Of a stretch of 64,000 nt of DNA, positions 1-21,200 are shown one piece after another. The translations under genes and the position numbers were made by a program. The stretch is from Paraspadella gotoi (Eukaryota > Animalia > Chaetognatha). The notes under the pieces are model-generated. The model ran no database searches. It was not told the origin of the DNA and saw nothing but the letters and a program-made list of their open reading frames with translations. The number at the start of each line of letters is the position of its first letter. The first letter of the stretch is position 1. Where the stretch lies: positions 1,115,576-1,179,575 of the forward strand of contig JBJCIZ010000028.1 of assembly GCA_051294375.1 (NCBI GenBank). Reading direction: 5' to 3'.

Positions 1-242
1 TAATTAATAAAGTTTCCATAAACTAAACTTTGAAGTGATAAATTGATTCATTGATGGATGATGGTGTTTCTTTGGTGTTTACTTGCCGGTAGTAAAATGA
101 TTAGAATTAATATTTTTATTTATTTAAGAAATCATTTTACAACTGGCAAATAAAGACTAAAGAAATAACATCAATGAATCATCTCGCCTTGTCAGAAGGA
201 CACTATATATTAATTACAACGATAAGACAACAGCGATCCTCA

Positions 243-10804
<10,562 letters not shown>

Positions 10805-13426
10805 CACGAGATCCCCGGTTCAGTCATCGCGGTTAGAGGGGGAAGAGTAGGGGGAAGAGGAGGAAGAAGAAAAGGTAAAATAAAATCAGTTAGAGAGGGA
10901 AGAGGAGGAGGAAGAGGAAAAAGAGAATGTAAAGACTAAAGTGAATGGGATGCAGTTTGGCTAAGTTCCGTTTTGGCTTTTTCGAGTATTAAATCGTTTT
11001 CATAGTACAAAGTTTAAGGTTTGTTTTAAGTTGTAGCGATTGTTCCAACATTTTGGGGGGGAAAAAAAGGATCATGTAACCTTAAAAAACAATGAAAAAT
11101 AGAAGTGTAACACATTAATAAATTGAAATTGTTTGCAAAAGAGAACGGCGAAAATGCATATTACTCCAACAACCAACATATTTCGAATTAACGAGAGAGA
11201 AAGGGAAATCACAATTTGACGATTGCAACAAAAATGTTATTTTGTATATTAAATTTATATAAAACTGAATATTAGAGAATTGACAAAGTTTTGGTTTGCA
11301 ACGAATTTTATTTATTTCGTTGCAAACAAAAACTTTGTCAATTCTCTAATTAATAGTAACAACGAAAAAGAAAGGATTACTTCAAAACTGAATATATAAT
11401 TTAAAAAGCAGTAAATTCGCGCGAATCGATAAAATGAAAAATGAAAATAAGTTCGCGATTTTGCGAGAAAATATTACTAAATACAATAGAGCTCTAAATT
11501 ATCAAAAATGAACTAATCTAAACTAACCAATCATCGAAAGTCTTGTATCGTTTCTAAAATATGTGAGGCCAATTTCATCACCCATGAGGCGATTCCCCTT
11601 CATATTTTGATTTGTTTGCAGAGGAGGATTTGGCCTGCCGTCCAATTCTCCTCTTCCTCTTCTTCCTCCTCCTCCTGCCCCTCAGTATATTTTGTCTAGC
11701 GATACATTCTCTCGTTTCTACTCTTCGCGAAATATACCATTATTTTTCCCTCTATTTCTTCACGCCTTCAATACCCCTCAAGTGACGCCCTCTTCGCGGC
11801 TCGACACCCTACTCCCCGTGGATTAAGTTTCCCTTGCAAACCCTCAGCAAAAAAAACTGTGGAAATTATCAAAAGAAACTATCTTTCTGCACTAACAACC
11901 AAAAACAGAAACTCGGAAATCAACTAAATTGGACAAATTTTCCTCCCAAAAAGAAAGGATTTTATTCGACTAAACCATTACAAAGAAGCTGCATAATTTT
12001 AGAAACAAAACCCTACTTGATATTTATTACAAAATATCTTTCTCCTTTCTCTTTACTCTTCGTCAACCAAAACTTGGAATTTTCAAAATCTAAACATCAA
12101 ACTTTGAACTTAAAAACAAGATCGCTTCAACTCTTTATTTCTCTCTCTCTCTCTCCCTCTCTCTCTCTCCCTCCTCGGCGACTGAAAATGGCGAAAGTTG
12201 AGATTGGACTTTAACCTCTTAAGGGGACCAAAAAAAAGGAAAAAGAAAACGTTAGCTCCCTTGAAAGACAAAAAAAAAAGAAAAAATTTAAAATAACTGT
12301 CCAGAAAAACCAAATACCTTTTCTACCCTAAATCTTGAACATAAATCCAAAAAAATGGCCGCAATAAACTTTAAAGATCCAATCAGTTCTGATGACCTCA
12401 AAGGAGAATAATTGGCATCTGTGGAAAAACCTGATGAATTTTTCTAAAAAGATTGCATACTAATAATGCAAAACCCACGAATTCTGGACAAGAATATAAT
12501 GGACTCTACTTACTTTGGTGGCAGAATACACATATGTCCCCTCTTCCTTTAAAACCCAAACTGTCTCCACCTCAACCTCAAACCTATTCAAACTCAACTC
12601 AATGCTTCACCCAGAACTCAAAACCCAAGGCTAGTTGCAATAAATCAACTCAGCACTAAAATACCCTACTCAGCCTCCTATTCCAAACTACCCAAACCGC
12701 CATCATTTCTGATTCAGTTTCAACACAAACCAATGTTGCCAAGACTGATTATCAAGTGCAGACTCGACCTACCAAGCTGTCAAAGACTATGCTAATGATG
12801 TGAAAACTCAAGCTGGAAAAATCCAAGGAGAAACTTCATTTGCAAGAAATCAACTCAAACAAGAATCAACACAAAAATCAAGCCTGCTCTTATCAGTCCT
12901 CCGGTTCAAGAAATGGGAAACAAAAATCAAGAAAATGAAAGAACTGGACCCTGGAAAGAATACATGATCCCTCAAACCTGCGCTGAAAAAATCATATCCC
13001 CCTCATCGACGTGTTCCGTCAAGACCAAAGAAGGCGCACCAGAGCTTTGGAAAACGCAAAAAATACTTACCCTAAACTGATGGAAATAGACTTACGACCA
13101 TGGTTGCGCCAGAAGTTTGCTGTATTTTTGGCTCAGAACTTTACCATTGCCCTTTTTTTAAGAAAATCAATATCAGTCATGGCTGCAGTGGCATTAATTT
13201 GTCGCAATGAACTGTGAACATAAATTAAAAAATAAACTTTTAATCATTTATATAGTAGCTTTTGATAGTTTTAGTTTGTGACTTCTCTACTTTTTTTAAG
13301 TTTTTGTGTCTTTGTTTTTTATGTCCAGAGGGCCAAGACATGACCGTAGTGATTATGTATGCCACGCCATTGGGGCCTGGACAACATGACATCATTGTGT
13401 CAAGATAGGGGACCAGGAGGAGAGTT

Positions 13427-13582
13427 TTGACCTGCCGCTCCAATTCTCCTCTTCTCTTCTTCCTCTCCTCCTGCCCCTCAGTATATTTTGTCTAGGCGAT
13501 GACATTCTCTTCGTTCTACCTCTGCTTCGCGGAAATATACATTATTTTCCGTCTAATTTCTTCACGCCTTCAATACCCCTCA
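13427..13582. repeat. ~155-bp direct repeat of 11630-11782
   Basis: CCTGCCG..CCAATTCTCCTCTT...CTTCACGCCTTCAATACCCCTCAAG occurs at both loci, with indels. Confidence 0.85.
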
Positions 13583-14814
13583 AGGTTTGATATTTTGTTA
13601 TGGTCGTTGTGGTCATTGTGGTCGTTGTAGTCGTTGTGACTTTTTGATGAAAATGAGGTGAAGTAGTCAGCTGGGTTGTTATCATTAATATCATCATCAT
13701 TATCAAAATAAACATTATAATTATCATAAATATCAAAATCGTCTTGTACTCGAAAAAGAAATCTCGCCATTGAATAATTAATGGCCTCCTTCTGGAAGCG
13801 GACGTCAGCTTCTTCTTTGAACTTTTTTATAGCTTTGGTCTTTGCCGCCGCTGCTGCCGCTGCCCCCACTGCTGCCGCTGCCGCCTCCGCCGTCCCCCTT
13901 TTCTTAAAGATAGTCGAGGTGGTTTCCGCTGTAGAGAGGGCGTTACCGCGCCAGAGGTGTGGCGCGTCTCTCGTGGACCAAAAGAAGATTTCCCCAACGC
14001 GTTGACGTTTGGCGAGAAAATTGAAGGAGGAGGAGGAGGCTTTCTGAGGAGCTGAGGAAGAGGAGGCTTTCTNNNNNNNNNNNNNNNNNNNNNNNNNNNN
14101 NNNNNNNNNNNNNNNNNNNNNNNNNNNNNNNNNNNNNNNNNNNNNNNNNNNNNNNNNNNNNNNNNNNNNNNNNNNNNNNNNNNNNNNNNNNNNNNNNNNN
14201 NNNNNNNNNNNNNNNNNNNNNNNNNNNNNNNNNNNNNNNNNNNNNNNNNNNNNNNNNCTGAGGAAGAGGAGGCTTTCTGAGGAGCTGAGGAAGAGGAAAA
14301 GGGAAAAGGGGTTTGTCTTAAAATAAAGAATTTGAGGTGTGGCAAATTGTCTGAATTACTGACGCTACAAAGTCTGTGAATATATAAGAGTGACGGGCCA
14401 GTTAGCCNNNNNNNNNNNNNNNNNNNNNNNNNNNNNNNNNNNNNNNNNNNNNNNNNNNNNNNNNNNNNNNNNNNNNNNNNNNNNNNNNNNNNNNNNNNNN
14501 NNNNNNNNNNNNNNNNNNNNNNNNNNNNNNNNNNNNNNNNNNNNNNNNNNNNNNNNNNNNNNNNNNNNNNNNNNNNNNNNNNNNNNNNNNNNNNNNNNNN
14601 NNNATGCAACTGTGGCGAATCCTATATTCAACTCCTGTATAGCACGTCCCATTAGCTTGGACAGCTAATTACTCGCGAACGAACCATGATTTCCAGATTC
14701 AATCCCGGTCATGTTAAATTTCTAAATTTAACATCCAATAAATGTTAAAATTTCAAAATAGTTTTTTGTAAGATTTTTTTGCAGATTTGGATTCGTCATG
14801 AAAAGTTGATATTA

Positions 14815-15238
14815 TGGCAACGGGCGGACATGTGTGATGCCTGGTGTGTGAGGCATCTCCCGACAGCTGGCGCTCAGGGCTTTGGACCTGCAGTGACCAC
14901 CCCATGTCACTGACGTCTTTATGCCGACACCATCACACTTTAACCAGCGTGATCGTGAGGGGATTGAAATCAGAACTCACGGTTGGTGAGTTAGGACGAG
15001 CTGAGTTTCACCAAGCTATACGGGAGGCAAATTTAGGATTCGCCACAATATAAAGAAATATAACTCTTTTTTTACAAATTAATATCCACTGATATAATTG
15101 ACTTTTAGAATTTTCACTACGCTCTACTGGTTAAGTGTGTTGGTGACATGGTTGTGTCACTGCAGGTCCAAAGCCCTGAGCGCCAGCTGTTGATAGATGC
15201 CTCACACCCCGGGCATTACACATGTCTCCCCGTTGCCA
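14815..15238. repeat. Imperfect inverted repeat with ~96-bp arms (14815-14910 / 15143-15238)
   Basis: The core ACAGCTGGCGCTCAGGGCTTTGGACCTGCAGTGAC is exactly complementary to GTCACTGCAGGTCCAAAGCCCTGAGCGCCAGCTGT; the flanks are diverged. Confidence 0.9.
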
Positions 15239-15254
15239 AACAACCTCAGATAAG

Positions 15255-16152
15255 TCACTTACCTCTAATACAACTCTTCCATTCTTTGTTCGTTTGCTTG
15301 TTGTTTGATTGGGAGCGAGAGGAGGGATGCAGCCGCCTGCTGCATTGATCACTGTCGTTGATGTTGTTAAGAGGCGCCTTTGACTTTGGAAAAGCGGGAC
15401 AAGGTGAAAGCGTCGGTCTATTTAGTGGGGCGGCATGTCGCTCCACCGGTAGGTCTCTTGAAGGGAACTTAAAGGTAAAGGCGGTGGGGTGGACAAAAGG
15501 CTTGATTGTGGGTAAGGCTGTAGAGCAAGCTGCCGGTCGGCTAGCGGGTGGAGCAGTGAATTGAGCAGGGGATGGAGCAGTGGATGTAGCAGTGAATGGA
15601 GCAGTGGATGAAGCAGTAAATGTAGAACCGAATGGAGCAGTAAGTAGAGCACTGGAGGGAGCATTAAGTGCAGCTGATTGAGCAATAAGTGGAGCACTGG
15701 ATGCAGCAGTAAGTTGAGTACTGGATGGAGCAGTAAGTGGAGCACTGATTAAAGCAGTAAATGGAGCACTGACGGACACAGTAGTGGAGAACTGAACCGG
15801 AAGCAAGTCAGTGGACAGCACTGATTAAAGCAGTAAATGGAGCACTGGATGGAACAGTAAGTGGAGACCGGAACGGAGCAGTAAGTGGAGCACTGGATGG
15901 AGCAGTAAGTGGAGCATTGGATGGAGCAGTAAGTGGAGTACTGGACGGAGCGGGGGAAGGGGTGTTAGCGTCTGAACCGACAAATTGGGAAGGCAGGGAA
16001 AAGGAGTAGTAGTCATTGTGTACCGAGGACGACGAGAGCGGGAGACCGACAAAGAATTGTCGGGTAGATTGAGGGCGGCGACGCAGGATCCCTCTGCCTC
16101 TTCCGACGGGAAGAGTGATTAGCCGAGGGTCATCGTTGGTCATGACTGACAC
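15255..16152 (-). pseudogene. Disrupted ORF with 24-bp / 8-aa tandem repeats (APLTAPSS)
   Basis: Two overlapping ORFs (15808-16152, 15255-15821) share the repeat across a frameshift. There are in-frame stops upstream and no recognisable domain. Confidence 0.4.
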
Positions 16153-17578
16153 GTCGGTGATGAGCGGAATTTATTGTAGAGAGCTCACCTCGACTCAGCA
16201 TGGATCGGTATGGTTAAGTTCATCGGAAACTTGTCTAACATTCCGTCCCGTCGCTGGAAAGAAGAAAGCTGATACGTTAAGATCCACCAGTCTCTCCTCT
16301 AAATCTAAATCCCCGGCGGTAGGAAGCGTATCAGCTCATTGGCCGGTGCCATTTGTCTCTTGACCAATAGGAGAGTTCCATTCTGGTTTTATTTCGGCGG
16401 ATTTCTCTAGAGTCGCGATCCGATTTCGTTTCTTGTGTTTGATTTCTCTGCGATGAGAAGAAAACAATTTTAAAAATTTTTAAAAAAGGTAATTATTTGA
16501 TTTTTTTTCTCTTTATTTCTCATTGATTTTTCAGACTTAAGTATGTCAGAATGTTTTGTCTTCAAATTTTTAACCGAATCAACCTCGTTGAATTCAAATA
16601 AAAACGCTTATATATAAAGAGGCGAGTATTGGACATCAACTTTTTTTTAACATTTATGATTGATCCGACTACTGATCAAAAAAACTCAATTTTTTAAATA
16701 GGATTATTATCAATTACCGTTATTATTTATTGGTATAAACCTTTCAACTTTCGATACAGAACCAGTGTCGGGGTTTTAATATTAGTATTTAATTTTCGAT
16801 GCCTAAAGCTTTTCTTTGCTTTGAAAATAGCATAACAATAAAATTCGCTTATCACTTATCTTGCCAGTTCACATTATGCTTCGTCACCCCTTCGTCTATC
16901 AAATGATTTTGAGGCACTGAAGTTGCGTGCCCAGTTAACTCCGTCACTCGCCGTGCCCTATCTACTAGTTTTTAACTATTTCCAAGCGGACGTTGTAGCT
17001 CATGGGGCAAACGTATTAAAAATTTGTGGTTTTCATCGCTCTGGTCAGTTTGATTGAGTTCATGAGTAGAGACTAAAGATTGGACTAATAAAGTTAAAAT
17101 ATATTTGTTAAATAATATTATTTTCGATAAAAAAAAAGTTACCAGGGATTTTTCTTCTTTTTTATTTTTAATTGGCGTTGGCCTCGGTAGTTTAGTGGAG
17201 AGTATTCTGTATTAAATTAAAATGTTTAACATTTGCTCTTTAATTAATTTAATCGAGAAGGCAGATTTTGAATTGAGCCTAAATAAAAGAAAAATGATGA
17301 ACGAGGAAAAAAGAAAAGAAAGATGACTCAACGTGTGACTAGTGAGTTTCGAAACAACAACAACGACAATAATCGGGAATGAACAGTGAAACTAGTTTAA
17401 TCTTAAGGCAACGGAGGGCGTCCACTTTAATCGTTATCCATCGTATCATCGATGGTCAGGTTTATTAATCGGACAAAACCCCAAAAAAATAATAATTATT
17501 TTAAATGACGAATGAAAACTTTTGGCGAAGCGATGACGTCATCACCAAAAAAGGTCACGTCTTTCTCTCTTTCCAGAT

Positions 17579-17616
<38 letters not shown>

Positions 17617-17852
17617 TGAGTTTACATTCTCCCTATCTCTCTCTCTCTCTTTTTTCCCCAATCTCAGAGTAACTGAGCGCGAGAGAGAATCGAATTTTCA
17701 TTCACGAGATCATTTTTCATTTTTCGAGTCGTCGTCATTAGATTCACAAACGGACGCAATTCACTTGGACGACGCCGTCTGAGAAAAACGCGGCGTCGTT
17801 GGCAAAAGCGGCGTTGTTCGGTGCCAATCGGGTGTCGTTCGCTGCTCATCCG

Positions 17853-18179
17853 CTAGATGGGCGGGTACCGCAAGGAAAAGGCGTTGGCGAACTGCACCTC
17901 CACTCTCGCGTCGACGTTGCCTTCGCGGATGCAGCGGACGAAACGTTGGAAGTCGGAGCGGGTGACGCCGCCGCAGTCCACCAGGCGCAGCAGGCGAAGG
18001 TCAGAGTCGAGGCCGAGCAGCGTCGTGACTGCCTCGCCTGTCAGGCCGTCGCAATCGGTGAAGCCAGGCCTTCCGTCCAGGGCGGGAGAGGGGATTGCGG
18101 AGAAGCAGGCGATGGAGGAAGGGTCGTTCGTCGAGGACCTTGGGGGGAGGGAGGGGGATGGGGGGGGAGGGAGAGAGAG

Positions 18180-18214
<35 letters not shown>

Positions 18215-18224
18215 AGAAGAAGAG

Positions 18225-18268
<44 letters not shown>

Positions 18269-21200
18269 ATAGAATCAGTTCGGTCAATTTGGTAGTACAC
18301 AGCTGCCGAGTACCAGCGAGTACAGCGATTACAGTCAACTAATTCAAAGTGAGTTATCCATTTGGAAAACAGGAAAAAAAAAGAGGCGGAAAAAAAAACT
18401 AATTAAAAACTTAATGTTTTTCCTTGCTTCTTTAACCTTCCCGCCACGCCCCCCCCCCCTTTCAAAATACTAAAAGATCGAAATCAAAAATCCTCCTCCT
18501 CCTCCTTATCCCCACCCTCACCGACCACGCTCCGCTCTCACTCTTTCTTTCAATATTCTTCAGTAAGAAAAACGTGGTACTAATTGAAGAGATCCGCAAG
18601 GGCATCGTCGTCGTCGTCTCGTGAACTGACCTGGACATTGTTTAAGGTGGAATGTGGGTGTAGTTGAGGCGAGAACCTCAGCACCCGGCCGCAGTTGTCG
18701 CCACTGAGGTCATTTTCGCCAAAGGGGAGGACGCGGAGTCGACGAAGGGAGGATGAGGAGGAGGAAGAGGAAGCATCGGGGAGGGAATATGAGTCACTGG
18801 AAGAAAAAAGAGAAGAAAAATAAATAAACGAAAGAAAAACATGAAAATGAAAAAGAAGAAAAAAAAATCGGGGAGAAAAATGAATGAAACAAAAGATAAA
18901 AAGGAAAAAATGGGGAAAAAATTAAATATTAAATTAATAAAATAAGATAAAAAGATAAGATAAGAAGACAGCGAAATAAAGATTTTTAAAAAAAATGATC
19001 TGGTTAATACAACGAAAAAAATTATTTCAGTTAAAAAGAAGTTAAATTATAGTAGATATAAACTAATATTAAATTATTTTATAACACGATTTCTGGTATA
19101 AAAAACAGGAAAAATTAAAATCCTGACAAAATTAAAAAAAGGAAAAACATTAATAATGTTTTTCCTTTTTTTAATTTTGTCATTATTTCGTCAAATTGGA
19201 AGCCGAAAACGAGAATTGACTTGGTACGCAAGTAGGCAGGGACGGGTCTTCGCATAATTTTGTATAAATTGGGACAAAAATATACGTAAAGTAACCTATT
19301 GGGACCGAAGCATCGCAAAAATATTACCGCTTTTGACTAACATTTTAATTAATTGTTCCACAACAAATATTTTGTGGCCAAAAAATAAAACTTTTTTCGA
19401 ACGAAATTTCGAGAAAAAAAAAGTTTTTCATCATCGAAAATCTCGTGAATTCGTCGCTCGATCTGTCGGCCGATCTGTCGGCCAAAAATCGGCGGCCGAC
19501 AAAAAATAATGCTGGTGCAAAACAGAAAAGACCGAGGAAGGTGGAGGGGGTATTGTAGGTAAAAGAGGAGGGGTAGGGTTAATTAGGCAAAAGGGGAGGG
19601 AATAGGGTCTTTAGGTAAGATTCGGGAGGGTAGGGGTATTAGGTTAAATGGGGGGTAGGGGTATTAGGTAAACGGGGAGGGGTAAGGTATTAATAGGTAA
19701 GAAGGAGAAGGGGTAAGGTATTAGATAAGAAAGGGGAGGGGTAAAGGGTAATTAGGTGAAATGGGAGGGGTCAGGATTATGTGAGGTAAAATAGGAAGGA
19801 GGGGTAAGGTATTAGGTAAAGGGGAGCTAGTAGGGTATTAAGTGAAGGGTAGGGTATTAGATGAAAGGGGAGGGGTAGAAGTATTAAGGGGACGGGGTAG
19901 AGTATTAAGCAGGGGAGGGTAGGGTATTAGGGTGAAAGGGGGGAAGCGAATAGAAGGGTTAAGGGTGATTAGAGATGCAAAGAGAAATAAGGCGAAAAAG
20001 CGATGGCGATCGGAGGGTCGAANNNNNNNNNNTGGGTAGAAGGGCGATAAAAAAGGCGATCGAGGATTAAAGGGCGATCGCTATTAGAAGGTAGAAGGGC
20101 GATTAAATTGGTGAAAGAAGTTGTGAAGATTGTGAACGTTGTGAAGGATGTGAAGGGGATGGGATCCAAATTGAAGGAGAAAAACTCGACGATGACATTT
20201 TTTGTCGCCGAAATCTGATCATCAGTCATGAATTACATCTCGACTCTCATCATCATCATCATCTCCTCCTCCTCCTCCTCCTCCTGACCGCAACGGGTTA
20301 TGACTACATCACCCAAAACTTTCAATTCCCGAGAGATTTGCCCTTTTTCTATTTTTTAATTAAGGAAAAGGATTTTATTATTTTAAATTCATACAAAAAG
20401 TTAAACAACACGGCGAGGAGTGTTCCAGAATGAATATACATTGACTATTTGAAAAAGTTTTGACTTCTCCGTTAAAGAGAACTCTGTGAAAAGGGAAAAA
20501 CAGGAAAAAAATTTGACAAAAACTGTTTTTAAATATACAGCGAAACGAAATCAACTGATTATAAAAAAATTAAAAAAAGAAACGGCAAGTTCAGGGTATT
20601 GCGTCGCAATAACTTATTTTTAATAACATATTTTTTAATAATCATGTAACAACACAATTATATTAAATCTGACCATTAAAGATCTCATAATGCCTTTCCT
20701 TCTGACCAAATATGAATTTAATTGATAGAATATTATCTGAAAAATATTAATGAACATTTTTAGGAAAAACAGTTTTTATTCGTCAAACAACGAGTTTATT
20801 GACAATATAAATAAAAACTGTTTTTCCTAAAAATACCTAAAACGCAACGAAACGAAAGAAAAATCAATATAATGAACTTTTAAAATATAAAAACCATAAA
20901 CCCACGGTCACCGACAGACCAACCAAAAAGTGACAGTTGCTCCGCCAGTACTCGAGACGTAATTTAAAATATAGATTACAATAGACATTAGACAATTGTT
21001 CTTCCCGCTCAATGTAAATGTAAATAAAATAAATACGAAATAAATAATAATCATAAACAAACAAAGCCCCCCCTCCTTTCACCTGAAAGATGTAATCCCT
21101 GACAGAAGAGGCCTCGTCAAGCTCGATCCCCGAATCTCAAAATGGCGAAGAGTCGACTTTCGTCCAACTCGTGAGCGTCAACTCGCGTAGAGAGGAGGAG

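Noticed and set aside
12188-13217. Possible LINE ORF1 or gene on the + strand
   Set aside because: Many stops and frameshifts, and no motif I can support.
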